DNA of 62,398 bases, filler included, from Choristocarpus tenellus KU-1152 (Eukaryota; Protista; Phaeophyceae): NCBI GenBank assembly GCA_964200185.2. It is 12 parts of 12 records of this genome, joined end to end, with 100 filler letters (N's around TTAATTAATTAA, not from the genome) between each part and the next. Parts side by side here need not be neighbours in the genome. Positions count along the whole stretch, not along the records: positions 1 to 10,215 come from CAXNAD020003070.1; positions 10,316 to 13,115 come from CAXNAD020024645.1; positions 13,216 to 18,819 come from CAXNAD020010273.1; 9 more parts are not named here. One strand, 5' to 3'. The notes beneath the pieces were generated by a model. The model saw only the letters and a list, made by a program, of their open reading frames with translations. It was not told the DNA's origin and did no database searches. This document shows, one piece after another, positions 1 through 13,469 of this stretch. The position numbers and the translations under genes are program-made. The first letter of the stretch is position 1. Every line of letters starts with the position of its first letter.

Positions 1-105
1 GTTTGGTTGCATACGCCAAATGGATAATGTAAGGGCACTTTTCCTGGTTATGGCCTAAATGGACACCCTTGTGTAGACCCCCCCCCCCCCTCCCTACTTT
101 GGGTC
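1..105 (+). mobile_element. MITE family B, right part (cut by window start)
   Basis: GGATAATGTAAG..CACTTTTCCTGG..ATGGACACCCT..GTAGACCCCCC..TACTTTGGGTC matches the complete copy at 55572-55756. Confidence 0.75.
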
Positions 106-310
106 AGTCAAAGAGAAAGACAGTCATCGAAGTTCCATGGTTCTTGGATTGGTGCTTCGGTGAATGTGCCAAGGCACTGATGAAGATTGTCTATGATGGA
201 GTGCTGCACTGCAAGTGGAAGAGGCCTAGGTGAAGTTCATCAAGTCATGTCATGTCAGAAGAAATAACTGCTTCAGCTCCTCGCACAATAACCCCCTTCA
301 CACGCAAATC

Positions 311-570
311 GAGCCAAAGTATCTTAGAGGGTAGAGCCGTGTCCATTTGGGGGCCAAAATCCAATTTTGCGATTTTGATGCAATTTTTGACTATTGTGTT
401 CATTAGAAAGTGTCAATATCCATGTTCTGGACACACCTTTTCATGACGCATACACTTTCCCCACTCCGAAACATTTCGGAGTTGGAAATTATCATAAGAG
501 AACCCATGGGAAGCCAAGCCCAAAATGGACAAACAGGGCAAAACTCGTACCCTCTAAGATACTCTCATTC
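311..570 (+). mobile_element. MITE family A (~260 bp)
   Basis: TIRs GAGCCAAAGTATCTTAGAGGGTA / TACCCTCTAAGATACTCTCATTC; body shared with 9 other copies; flanks AATC/AATA. Confidence 0.85.
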
Positions 571-612
571 AATAACTTCCCGCATCCACCTACTACTCAC
601 GCAATCACTCCA

Positions 613-865
613 GAGTTAGAGCATTTAACAGGGTAGGCCTGCGTCCGTTTGGGGTCCAAAATCCAATGTTGCGATTTGATGTAGTTTTGGCTATATTTTT
701 TGTAGCAAATGTCAATATCCTTTCTCCGGACACCTTTCTTAGTCGTATACATTTTACCTACTCCTAATGTTCGAAAACCGAAAAAGGGCATAAAAAACCC
801 GTGGGAAGCCAAGCCCTGAATGGACAAACAGGACAAAACTCCTACCCTCTTTAATGCTCTGGGTC
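613..865 (+). mobile_element. MITE family A, variant-TIR subfamily
   Basis: Same body; TIRs GAGTTAGAGCATTTAACAGGGTAGG / CCTACCCTCTTTAATGCTCTGGGTC; perfect 4-bp TSD TCCA (609-612, 866-869). Confidence 0.85.
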
Positions 866-2251
866 TCCATTGATGCCATACTCCAATGTATATGTACCGT
901 TTATGACATACTCCACATTTTACTACTTGCATAATTTCTACCTTGATGCCCCATCATATATCGTCCATGCCTTAACCTGTCCACTATTGCTCAGATATTC
1001 ACTACATTGATACCATACTCCACTATTTACATTGTTCACAGCAACTAACCCATCTCTCACCCACCTCACCTGTACCATGCTTTCATTAGGTACGAGTACC
1101 AAGGGAGGGGAAGCATCCATACAGATGATGCTAAATATTTTGGAAATGATCATGCTTTAGGACTCACTTGCGAGAAAGGTAGCTGTGGAGTTTAAAAGGA
1201 TATGCCATAATCTTGATGGTGAGAGGTACCATTTGATAGAGTGCTGTGTTAAGGCTGGGTACTCATACTGGTTCATCACTGCTATGAACGCAAGAAGTAC
1301 AGAGTAGCAGACTGAGCCTGGAACATGATTGCCGCAGACACGTACAATCAAGTCGGCTTGCAGTATACCATCCTTTTCAGGATGTTGTTATACTGGAGAA
1401 AGTACTGTGACAGGGGTCAGTGGGTGATTGGAGCAACAGCCAAACCATTTCTGAGAGCTCCCAGTGCAGGCTCACGATGGGAAAAAACTCACCGAGGAAG
1501 ACTGGGAACTCCTCAAATCTCAAACGGCAGAAAACAGTCTCCTCAAACATTGGAATCCTTCATGTATGCATCTTGCTTATTCTATTTGAAGAATGGGGTT
1601 GGTGAGTAAAATATTTGTACCTATTGGTGGATGCAAAGCGGTTGGTATGTCAAACTCTACAATGAGACCACCTCCCACTTCCTTTCTATCTGTAGTCCAT
1701 CTCTTTGCCAGACATTGATGAGGGGGTGGTTGAATCCGAACATGATTAGTTTTAATGCTGTCTGGCAGGACTTTGTTGGCCTTTGATACCCTCATCAGCC
1801 TAGAACTCCCTGTTAAGTACTTCGAAGGTCGAAGTTACAAAGTTCTCCACAGACCCCAAACATGGACATGCGCATTGAAGCTAGGTTGTCTCCTTCTGCA
1901 CAAGCAGGCATAGACCCTCCATGGCACAGCCCCCCCCTGCTGCCCAGATAGAGTCCCCCCTGCCCCTATCCTATCCTCCTGGTGGTGCTCAAGCACTATG
2001 GATGCCAGCGAGCAAATTTTCTTCTCCTTTCTCTCCCTCACAGCCCCTTCAGGTTAGCCCAGGCACACACTCCCGTTGATCTCTTTCTCCTAGTGCTGCT
2101 GGAGTACAGTGGCTACTAACTGGTAAAGCTTCCCCTCCTCTTCCACCCCTGGCAAAGCACCCCCCTGTTACCCTTCCACGGTTCTGTGTGTGCGAGAGGT
2201 CTGCAGTATCTCATTGTGTTTGTCGAAGGTTGGTTGGTAATAGTCCATTAT

Positions 2252-2484
2252 GAGTTAAAGTATCTTAGAGGGTACGAGTTTTGTCCTGTTTGGGCTCTTT
2301 ATAACATTTTCCTTCTCCAATATGTTTCGGAGTAGGAAAAATGTGTACGTTATCAAAAGGTGTGTCCAGAACATCGATATTGACACTTCCTAACACACAC
2401 AATAGCCAAAATTATATCAAAATTGCAACATTGAACTTTGGCCCCAAAATGGACACGGCTCTACCCTCTAAGATACTCTGGCTC
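2252..2484 (-). mobile_element. MITE family A (internal deletion)
   Basis: GAGTTAAAGTATCTTAGAGGGTA...TACCCTCTAAGATACTCTGGCTC. Confidence 0.85.
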
Positions 2485-2743
2485 TATGTTGTTGCAAATG
2501 TACTCAACAGGATTATCGCTCAACAGGTATTTCTAACATGCTCGTCTGAGTGTGTTCAATTCTGTAGAGAAAGCGATAAGAAATTATTGCAATGAGAGGT
2601 GCAGGGACCAATCACAAAATATAGCATTTCAAGGGACACCCAGGAGAGAAAGGAAGAGTAAGATACTTGTCTGAGGCAAGTGTATGAACACGGCAACATA
2701 ATAAATGGAGTGCACAACACACTCCCACCTTAGTACTTCTGCA

Positions 2744-3005
2744 GAGTGAACATATCTTAGAGGGTACGGGTTTTGCCCTGTTTGTCCGTTTGGGGCTTGG
2801 TTTCCCACTGATTTTTTATGACATTTTACCTACTCTGAAATGTTTCGGAGTGGGCAATATGTATACGTTATGAAATGATGTGTCTGGAACAAGGATATTG
2901 ATGCGCTTCCTAACAAACGCGATAGCCAAAATGACATCAAAATCACAACATTGGATTTTTGACCCCAAACGGACGCGGCTCTACCCTCTAAAAATACTTT
3001 GACTC
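2744..3005 (-). mobile_element. MITE family A
   Basis: GAGTGAACATATCTTAGAGGGTA...TACCCTCTAAAAATACTTTGACTC. Confidence 0.85.
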
Positions 3006-3349
3006 GTATGTGTTCGTTGGAGCGTGGATCTTACGGCTCCAACCACCAATACTTTCAACGTGTTGGAAGGTTCGATTAGGGGAAGTTCTTACCCCCAGGC
3101 ACCCTAGTATGCTTTCAACGACAACCTCATCTTATCCATTCTGAAAGGCAGGAGATTGGTTGCAGGCAAAGTATTAGTTGGGTCGATCGCCTACAATTTC
3201 AACTCTGTCGATGGTACAACCTACACTACCCAAGGAGCAAGCAGAGACGAGTAGACTAACCCGTGTATTGGGAGCTAAGAACCCTGAAAGCTTTGCTGAT
3301 CCTTTGTCTCCTTGCTCAAACAAGGAGCTTGCAAGCACCTGAGATGGTC

Positions 3350-5809
3350 TGCCTGTGGGGGAAGATCCACCGCTTATTATCATGCAGTTGGACTTGTAAA
3401 GAAGATGTGATCGCTGATGATGAGCCTAACAAGGAGGCGTAGTTTAAGTGTGATGCGCAATTGTCTTGTTGAGGAGTTCTTTGCGGAGATACGGCAAGTA
3501 CGAAGAACAGAGCATGCAGCAAGAATGGATCTGCAAAAGATAGCTTGTGATACGCCCAGGACGCAAAAATGCCAACATGGCAGACGGATGGAAAGCAATA
3601 ATGAGGCACTAATATCGGGTGGAGCCTATGTGAGAGGTGGATCTCGAGGGAGGTATTGGGATTGAGAACCAGAATTTGTGGGGTGCTGACTGTGTTGAGG
3701 ATTGCACTTTCAATATTTTTACCCTTCTGTTGATTCTTCATGTTCTTATCTTATGCAGGTGAATGTTACGTTTGTGGAGTGATGGGGCACAAGGCTTACT
3801 GCTGCCCTAAAAGCACTGGGGTCATTGGGGTGAGTGGGGAAGGCTCAAATAGTTCTAGATCCACCATGAGAAGGAAGAGGATAAATACAAAGAGAAAAGG
3901 GAGAGGATATATGGTTAACAGTGCTGGAGATGAGGAAAGCAAAGCTAATGGTACACCAGTACAGTTTGGTGGATTCTCGTTTGTGAGAGATGATGGGAGT
4001 ATAGTGGAATGGGATAGCCTTTGGTTCTTTGCCGCTGGGTTTTCGGGACACATGACAAATAACCATGCTGCATTGATAAATCCAAAACCTGTGGTTTGGA
4101 ATATCGGTGACTCCTGGTGATGGGTTGGTTCTTCAAGTTAAAGCCCTTGATGCCACTACATTGTGTACAGAATGGGGAGGTTTCCAACTTCATGCTGCAT
4201 AGCGTGTCACTGGTCCCAGGATTGGTCAAACCCTTACCATGGTTCAAGCGAGGAAGCAGTCATACAATGAATTACTCCAAGTACAAAGGAAAAGGAAAAG
4301 GAAAATTCTTGAAAATTCTTGAAAATTCTTTGGCGGTTAACACCTTGGCAGACCTGGATTGTCTACTTTGAAAGTCGACCAAAGAAGCCTACTGACAGTT
4401 TCTGACCTGACCACAAGATAATCACCCGACATCTCGCCAGACATGACAGAGAGGATCATGTCAGGACTGGTTCTTGCTCAGGTAGAAGCAGGAATAGATA
4501 GGCTCGTTCTCGAAAGGGTTGATGTAGGTATCGTCTCAGGGCTTCACTGGGAAGACTACAAGGTCAGAGGAGGATGTTGTCGCGACATGAGAGTATATCC
4601 TTGGAGGGATTGAAGGACATGCCGCCATCAAAGGGGGGCTGTTGGGAAGGAGAGGCTTGCCCCAAGGATGGTCAGAGCTGATGTCAATCTTGGGAGGTCG
4701 ATTGGAGTGAATGAAAAATCAGAGGAGGATGTTGTGGCAACTGATGGGTGGGCCTTAGGAGGGGCTGCAGCACATGCTACCATCCAGTGGGGGCTGAGTG
4801 GGAGAGTGAAACCTCCTACATGTGTTGACATCCATCAGGAGCATCACCAACTGGGACATTGGCGTAAAGGCAATGATTCAAAAGTATACACAGAGTAGCA
4901 TGATTTTGAATGGTGAGTGGAAGAAGTATTGCAAGGGATGTGATATTTCCAAGGCTTGTCATAAATCAGTCCTGAAGGTGATGTTGAGGAAATTGGAGAA
5001 ACATTTGGGCGGTGGAGAGATGTGGGATTGGCACAAATTATGAACTACCATTGATCACCAAAAGGGTGGAGCAGGAGGGGCCCGTTCCAGACGGCTACAG
5101 ATCAATTGTTGGTGGGATACAGTGGGCGGCAATAATGACTAGGCTTGATGTATCTTTTGTAGTTTGAGGGTTGGCATCATGTGTTGAGAATCCAAGTTGG
5201 TCTGATTGGCTAAAAGAGAGAGTGATAGAAAGTGATACTACCTTTGGAGACTTTGGCTTGTACAGGAATGGACCGAGGGACCAGCTAACTAGCTATATAT
5301 AGAGATGCTGATTGTTTCTGGTGGTGTAGTGATATTTGGGAGAGGATATGTTGACTGGTGGTCTAGAAAGCAGAAAAGGGTTATACCGTCTACTGCTGAG
5401 CCTGGGTATATTACATTGTGTGAGTTGGGGAAAGAGATTATATTCTTTAGCCAGGTGCCATGTTCATGCAACTACTTCATGAGGACTACTCTATATCAGT
5501 GCTTGAAGATAATGATAGTGCAATTAAGATTGCTTAGAAGGCTGCATCCGGAGGGAGGACAAAGCACATAGGTATTTGGTACCGCAATGTTTATAAGTTG
5601 GAAATGGAGGGGAGGATTGCAATTGGATATTTACCTACAAAGTTCCCACATGATCTTTTTACAAAGGGTATGTCAAAAGAACAATTCAACAGGTATTCTA
5701 GCACTGTAATGCCTAGAATGAAGAGGGACTGATTTCTTGTGTTGGTGATATGTTCAGCAGTGCTTGAGGTGTAACCTTTTCACCAGAACCTTGAAAGAGG
5801 GGAAGGGAG
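3350..5809 (+). mobile_element. Degenerate Ty1/copia internal region (gag zinc knuckle, protease, pre-integrase and RNase H remnants)
   Basis: CYVCGVMGHKAYCCP knuckle; WFFAAGFSGHMT (decayed protease W-x-x-DSG...HMT); CKGCDISK; VDWWSRKQKRVIPSTAEPGYITL (RNase H); polypurine tract 5793-5809; many stops and frameshifts; start approximate. Confidence 0.8.
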
Positions 5810-6142
5810 TGTGTCAAGAATATGCTTTCAATTCTTGCGTCAAAGTCGAAGATGTAAGAAACAATCAATAGATGTAAGAGAAGCTTGTACTCTAAAGAAT
5901 AGGATATGTGTATGGATTGTGAACTAAAATATGGAAGAGTTCAGGAATAGAAAACATTGTAGCAAGAAGTATGTGATGAGTGATGCACAGAATAGGATTG
6001 ATTTGGTGACAAGGGCACTCCCCTTGGGTTTGAAGGCGCACTCCTCCATTTCCCCTTACTTCATCTATGTCCTCTCCAACCCAGAAAGGAACGAATCTAA
6101 AACTTCGAAGTACTGTATATATACAAGTCTTGGCAAATAACA
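5810..6142 (+). repeat. Putative 3' LTR of the copia remnant
   Basis: Starts TG immediately after the PPT and can end ...TAACA; no 5' partner seen, end approximate. Confidence 0.4.
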
Positions 6143-6895
6143 GTTTCTTTAACAGGTACAGAAACAATAAGTCTATCTACTGTGTCGGTGAATATCCTAC
6201 GGTGAATTAAAAAGTGCACAAAAACTAAACAATGACTCATCTTGGTATTCCCTCACCAAAAGGTACAGGTGGAAGACATCCAAGACACAACAACTAGAAA
6301 CAGAACCTATCGCTAATTTTCCTTAAGAGCTGATCACATGCATTCGTGGTTATCAGCAAGCCATAAACCTATCAGTAAACTATCCAACTTGAATGCTCTG
6401 CATTGCTTGTAGCTCGACCTCAATGACATAATCCACACAAAGAAAGGCAACACGCACAACTTATGTCACTTCGCACCAATTGACTTCCTGTTAGCAAGAG
6501 GATCCCATCCAAACAACTTCACCTGTTCAACTAGCATTATCACACAAAAAAAAGCTATGCCACTCAAGAGAATCAAGTTAAAAAGTCAATATATTACAAA
6601 AAATCAAAGAAAATCCCTGCAAGTAAGACTTCTACAAGTCTATAGAGATCAAATCTCAATCCTGTCTCCTCTGTTGCCAATTTGAGATAACTCTGAACGA
6701 CACTAAAACCACTCATACCCCAAAGCTTCATTAAAATACATCAGCATTACAGACTTATCAATCAAAAACGAAACATGTTTCCTTTCCATCAAAACAATAT
6801 ATCGGACAGGATGGCTTTCATAAATTTGTTTCGATGGTCCTACGCAATTTGAACAAGGATTTGCCCAGCTGTGTCCAGCATTAGTGCATGCTACA

Positions 6896-7154
6896 GACCC
6901 GAAGTATCTTAGAGGGTAGAGCCGCGTTTTTTTGGGGGTCAAAACCCAATGTTGCGATTTTGATGTAATTTTGGCTATCGTGTTTATTAGGAAGTGTCAA
7001 TATCCATGTTCTGAACACACCTTTTCATAACGTATACACCTTAGCTACTCTGAAACATTTTGGAGAAGGAAAATTTCATAAAAGAACCAATGGGAAGCCA
7101 AGCCCCAAATGGACAAACAGGGCAAAACTCGTACCCTCTAAGATACTTTCACTC
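6896..7154 (+). mobile_element. MITE family A
   Basis: GACCCGAAGTATCTTAGAGGGTA...TACCCTCTAAGATACTTTCACTC; perfect TSD TACA (6892-6895, 7155-7158). Confidence 0.9.
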
Positions 7155-7781
7155 TACAGTTTAAGTCCCACCAATCCCTAGAAGGGTGTGTATGTTGAAA
7201 TCACACTTGACTGCCCTCCCCCCACTCAGAGGAAGAACAAACGCCCCTCACATGCAAGCCATAATGATCAAATGAGCCTGGCCTCCTTTCCCCCCATCAA
7301 AAAATGCACCAACAGTCCAGGAGCCTTTTCAATAGTCTTTCCCGTAACCACAAGGGTCTCCCTTCACCCCCCGTCTACTCCATCCTCTTAGTGTAATGCT
7401 GAGGATCAGCAGTGGATCCAGATGTGATGGAGGCATATTCTTGCTTCCATGTCTTGGGTGTGCTGTGCAGTACAGCCATGGATTCCATGGACAGGTCATC
7501 CAAAAGCCCTGATCACAGAAAGATCAGCTGTAGCCAATGGCCTTCCCCCCCTTCTCACAACAGGGGCAGCCCCTCTGCTTAGGGGTAAGCTTACAGGGTA
7601 GGATTGCCTTCCAATCTGCATTAGGTACTGATACAACAGCACCAGACAGTGTCAGTGCACGCACAAAACCAAGAGGAAAGTCAATATCTGGCCCCATGTA
7701 GAAGCAGAGCTGTTCAGCATTTGCAGTGGTATTGCCGGATCTCCTGACACGGGATATTCCAGGTTGGAGAAAAGGCAAGAG

Positions 7782-9046
7782 TCACAGCGGGGCAGTCGCT
7801 CCATTCCACATCTCATAGGGACTCTTACATTTTGGGTTAGCAAACGTGGCAGTGCGGTTGATGGCATCACATGCCCACTGACTGGCCTCAGCCCAGAGGT
7901 TGTCTATAGATGCCAAGTTCATGTATCGAAACAATGCAGGGATTTGATTACGTGCAGCAACAGAGGCATTCTCAACCATTGCCAAATTATTCCCTGCACT
8001 CCTGCTGTATTGAGGGCTATCTGCAGTGGTATATTCTAGCACGATCCCACGACCTCTGCAAAGAGCACAAAATTCCCCTTCCATGAACTCTCCTCCATCA
8101 CCAGAGGTCAACGCCATGACCAGAGAGGGAACACCGTTGATATAGTTGTCCGCAAGGTACTTCGCGAAAGCCTCGGTGACATGGGCTTTGCGCTGAAGGA
8201 AAAAAACTGAAATGAAGTTTGAGTTATCATCCCGTACTATCATAGTGTAGCGCTTGTGACCAAGCGAAGGAACGCTCTTCTTGCGACTCAAGGCGACAGA
8301 AATTCGATCCATCTTTTTCACTCCCCACGCGAAGTTATGAGAAGGGATTACCTTCTTCCAGTTCTTGATCATGGAGCAACCAGTACAGGGCCACAACTCT
8401 CCGACTAGGGCGATGCCCATATTAGCAGCGGTTTCAAGTAGTAACAACTCATCCGGATGGCCGTAGGAAGTGTGGAAGAGATTGATGTCAACGGTTGTAT
8501 AGGGACCATCTATGGGGGTTATGGGTGCGGTGATAGTGATGGCTGGCACTGGCGATTTTCGGTGCCCAAAAATGGAGCTCGAACCCCCTCGTTCTGGGAA
8601 AAAAATCTCCCATTAAAAAAGGAAACACCTTGTACAGACATACGCATACTGTGATCCTTGACCATGGCCACGTTTAAGGAGAACAGGTTTCTTGGTAGGT
8701 CAGGTGCACGGGCTACATCGGAAAATGTACACGTGAAAGGCTTTCCCCGGGAATACACGGTCAGCTCAAGATTTCCGTGGCCGACAATGGGGTAGCAGTC
8801 ACCAGTGTCCCTGCTCCGATAAACATCGCTGCAAGGTACATACTCGGACATGCCATATCGCGATGGAGTCAGATGTCTATCCACCGTAGTGTCGCACACC
8901 CACTCTTCCCAAGCACCGTGCAACCATTCGGCTCTCGTTTGCTGCTCATTCGATTCATTCTCTACTCGTTCCACTACTGGTGCTAAATTTGTAAGGGCAG
9001 ATATTGCGTACATCTGCAGCGGCACTTGGAACAGATCTCGCCTCAC
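7782..9046 (-). mobile_element. Degenerate Ty1/copia pol (protease, GAG-pre-integrase, integrase)
   Basis: WVCDTTVDRHLT..RNLFSL (protease); LFHTSYGH..CTGC (HHCC); YTMIVRDD, SGDGGEF, DSPQY, NLWAEA..INRT..SPYEMW (rve core); frameshift near 8530. Confidence 0.85.
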
Positions 9047-10021
9047 GATTCACTACCTAAAACCTATCGTTGCTGTTGTCCTGAACCCTCACAAATATCC
9101 GATTGTTGGGAAAGCATCTCCAGGACTTGTAGATTTTAGAGGTCTTGTTCCTGATGGAGTCAAAGTTCAAGAGTAGTTCATAGAAATATGGAAGGCTATG
9201 ATAGAGTTAACGGTAATAGATGAAGAAAAGTGATGGTTTTGAAAAGTTTCTGTGCAATGTTATGAAAAAAAAAATCTTCCGAGAAAAAGATACATCGGGT
9301 CGAGAATTTCCAAACGATAACACATCCGCAAAATATCAGAGGGCATAATAATAATAAAATATAACAATCCGACCACCAACATGAGGCACCCTTCTTGAAG
9401 CAACTGAGTCATCACCAATGAGGTAGGTTCCTTCCTTGACATAACGAATTTTTGGGGAGTACTCATTTCTTTCCTACTACTAGGTAACCATTCGCAGAGA
9501 CCTTAACGTTTATGTTTAGCAAAAAAAAAGTACTAAAATATTTTGAAGAGGAATAGCATGGAATAATGAGGAATGAGATATTTATAATATTTGTTGGTAC
9601 ATTTATGTTTGGTGTAAATATATATTGTTGTGGGTACATACTACTTTTCCTCCTCCATCCAGTCAGGGGTTGAAAAGGAATGCACATTATTATGCCTGTT
9701 TCGTTATTAAGTCTCAATTTTCCTAGCTGTCAAAGAACATTCCCATTTGTCGAGAACATGCACTCTGAGTCTGTCTGCTTGTAGCAAGAATTACAAAAAT
9801 GTGGTGGATAAGTTTGACCACGCGAGGATATTTTTAGGTCCTTTCCTACCACCACTTGATTGAGTAGGTTGTAAGTTCATAATCCATATCAATTACTAGC
9901 CCTCCTGCAATCTTGAATGTATCAAGTCCTACACGTGCTGCGCCCTCCATTTCCTCTCTATGTGTATGCTACAAAATCTCACCACCACCAGGTTTGACTC
10001 CTCCCAAACATTGCAAGGGAA

Positions 10022-10180
10022 GGCTCAAAGTATCTGGGGGGGCGTGGCCACTATCCACTTGGACACAGTTTTTTCATGTCACGATTTTTGGTTCCATACG
10101 TCGGATCGATAATGTAAGTGCACTTTTCCTGGATATGACCCAAATTTGGTGTAGACCCCCGCCCTCCTGCCCACCACCCA
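10022..10180 (+). mobile_element. MITE family B (right end degraded at C-tract)
   Basis: GGCTCAAAGTATCTGGGGGG left TIR plus family-B body. Confidence 0.7.
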
Positions 10181-10215
10181 ACTGGCCCCGCGCGGGGGCC
10201 TTCACTTCTTCCGTC

Positions 10216-10315
10216 NNNNNNNNNNNNNNNNNNNNNNNNNNNNNNNNNNNNNNNNNNNNTTAATTAATTAANNNNNNNNNNNNNNNNNNNNNNNNNNNNN
10301 NNNNNNNNNNNNNNN
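10216..10315. other. Artificial contig spacer (N44-TTAATTAATTAA-N44)
   Basis: Identical 100-bp six-frame-stop linker also at 13116, 18820, 27609, 31756, 39003, 42039, 45063, 52268, 56274 and 59073. Confidence 0.98.
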
Positions 10316-10339
10316 CCCCCCCCTCACATACTTCGAGCC
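10316..10339 (+). mobile_element. MITE family B right TIR at contig start
   Basis: CCCCCCCCTCACATACTTCGAGCC resembles CCCCCAGATACTTTGAGCC. Confidence 0.55.
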
Positions 10340-12446
10340 ACTACAAGAGGTTCTGATTTTTGTTTTGCTCTGAACTAAATTCCTATTCCAACTGCTTGCC
10401 TCCCATTCGAATGTCAACACACATATGTTGTGCGTGACCATCAATGTTCTCTCGAAGACTGATGGCAGGTCTGAGGCACAGGAAACAGTCTACCATTGAA
10501 TATTATATGACAAGTGGATCAATCAACAAGTCGGCACACATCCAGCATCACTTTCCTCAGCCCAGTCCTCGACATCCTACATATCTCCTCCAAGCGCTCC
10601 TTTGCCTTGGCTGAACTTTAAATACGTGCCAACAGGAGCCTGGGTAGATTTCATGGCATATTTTGCTCTTTCTCTGCTGAACCCTATAATACCAGCCAAA
10701 CATTCCAAACGTAGACACATGTAGCGGGGGGTTGTGATGTTGCGGTCTTATTAAAGCGACGACCCAATATAGCCATTGATGACTGACTCACTGTCTGCCT
10801 TCAAGGCAAGTTTTGCATCTTCAGTTGAATTTTCACCTTCCTTGCTACTATCCTCTTTTTTGAGTTATTATGCACTGCTATATATGTTTGCAATACTTTG
10901 CTGTTTTGTATGACTGTGGTGTGTTCATCATTTCCTCCTTCAAACATTTTAGAGGAATCCCCCAAAAATATTCGGTCCCAAGATTTTGGGTTTTGAAATA
11001 CTGAGGTTTAATCGAATCGGACCGATTCAATTCCTAAGATAACAATACAATTAATTAACACAAGGACATATGTTTGGACTAAACAGGCCTTCCCATAAAT
11101 AATAAAACCACTTCAACATACTCACCATACTTGTTTTTCCTCAAGTGAAACCCAAAGTCTCTATTATGAGGAATACAGTTCTGTTGATTGCCATTCCGGG
11201 GCTGGCATGGTCATTTGTGACGTGTCCCGCAATCACACGCTCTCGACCAGTATTGGTGAACCAAGAAGATGGATCGGCGCCCTGCCCTTCTTCCTCTCTC
11301 TTGTCCGCGAGACCTGTACGACGAAAAGGACCCAAACACGCCCTTCGATGCCGCCCGTTATGGTGAGAGGGAAGGTGTATCAGGGAAACTTAGCTGTTAC
11401 TATTAGGAACCTGGAATGAGAGTCACATACATCAATTCGCTTAGCTCGGATCCAGAGATACCGATGATAATTCCGGAAAAGATTTTCGACAAGGTTGGTA
11501 AAGGCGATCCGCATTTGAAGTCCTTGTGACATTGTACTTGCCTGGGGGTGGGGATGAATTCATTCGGATTTTGATCGATGCATGAACTAAATCGAGGTAT
11601 GATGACTCTTAAATCGAAAGAACCTCGGTGAAAGGCACATTTCAGGGTCATCGACACTTACCGTATGTCAATATCACCATCTCAGCAAGGAAATTTGTTC
11701 CACAATATAAGACCGAGTGTATTACCTGGACTATTAGTAGATGGAATGGCCAGTCGACCTGTTTCGCACTTATATCAAATGTCCATAGGGGCTAGAGAGG
11801 GCAAGAATACCATGGTAAGGACCCTCATTCCTTTCACCTTGCTTATGCATTGCTCACTGCGAATCAGTCCCTTGAAACGAATCATGAACCCCCCCTCCCA
11901 CATTTCGTCACCTCAGGAAGAAAAAGGGTGGCTTGGCGAAGCAGGCAGAGCTGCTGGCATTGATGGCCAAGCTTGAGCAGGAGAGCGCTCAGAAGGAGCT
12001 TGAGGATAAACTTAAAGAGAATGGGGACCTGGAAAGCGAGGGAACTGAAGAGAAGGTGAGGAAAGGTTAACTAATTATAGAAGTGGAGTAGTTCTCGAAG
12101 AACCTATAGATTGGAGGTGATCTTCCCTTTTCTTCTCCTCGCTGATGAATACATGATCCTGCATTTCTTCCCTGCAACACCTGGTAGGACATTTGCGATG
12201 GTGAAAGATATAATTTCCTGACATACGTCTAAGTATTGCTATGCCCAGGCAAGTACAATGTCTATTTGACTGTTATCCATTTTTTGGAGAGTGAAGAGGG
12301 TCAACGTAGAACATATGTGCCTACTTGTTAATATATTTGGTAGACCCCTGATCATGATAATGTGAATGTTCCAATACTGGGAATTTGACCAATTCCTTTG
12401 GTCTGTGTTTTGATATCTACCTTTTTTGTTTGTTATTCAATGTCTT

Positions 12447-12626
12447 TGTGATACTGTGATACTGTGATACTATGGTACAGTGATACTATGATACAGTGAT
12501 ACTGTGATACTGTCCTGCTCAACACGACACAAAGAGATGAAGTCAGAAAGAGTCGATCAAGGGTACACAGTCAGAAAGAGTCAATCAAGGGTACACAGTC
12601 AGAAAGAGTCAATCAAGGGTACACAG
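12447..12626. repeat. (TGTGATAC)-like repeat followed by 3 x 28-bp minisatellite
   Basis: AGTCAGAAAGAGTCAATCAAGGGTACAC x3 at 12541-12626. Confidence 0.9.
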
Positions 12627-13434
12627 CTATTCGGTTTACAATTTACCATTACAATTTACCATGTGTGTGACATGGTGTGCGGAGTGATACTTGTCATTCC
12701 CAGTATCATAGTACTGATACCATTATTGGTATGGTTCAGCAGTTTAACATGCTTAACTCAAGTGAAGCATCACTGTTCCCTGCCATAATTTTACTGTTCT
12801 ATCTCAAATTGTTTATATATATGGGGTATATTACTACTTTCATTGATAGTGGAGCTAGTGTTGAACATTGAAATACAACTGCTCTGGGGCACATAATTGT
12901 GCAGATTGACTTTCTGCCCTGGTGTACCTGTGGTATTTATATCTTGTATTAGCTCCTCAATGCTTGATAATCTGTACCACTATACTGTTGCTTTTGCTGA
13001 AAACAATTCACGGAGGTAAAATCAGTGCTTTTAATTTTGTTAGAAGTGAAGAGTACGCTTGGGGTGGGGGGGGGGGTATTTTCAATATGTGAAAGCTCTC
13101 ATTCTATTGAAGGGGNNNNNNNNNNNNNNNNNNNNNNNNNNNNNNNNNNNNNNNNNNNNTTAATTAATTAANNNNNNNNNNNNNNNNNNNNNNNNNNNNN
13201 NNNNNNNNNNNNNNNCAACATTTACAAAAAAAAAACATATGGGCACTTTCACCACACCATTCCGGGTCAAACTCATCCTCCATAAAAAGCTCCATCCTCA
13301 ATTTTGGTGATTGGCTGTTATTTGCAGAGTTCTAATTAGAAATCAAACCACACATAGAAACACACATACCCACCTTCCCCACTTTCTTGGAACGTCTTCC
13401 CCTCAGAAATTGAGGCATTCCAAACTCTAGTCAG

Positions 13435-13469
<35 letters not shown>

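Noticed and set aside
252-636. Recurrent short ORFs (GPKSN, LDTPFH, PKHFGVG, QNGQTGQ) as a peptide gene family
   Set aside because: Translations of MITE family A; frames and stops are not conserved between copies
11100-12070. GC-richer stretch with short ORFs, possibly a TE relic
   Set aside because: No diagnostic motif recognised
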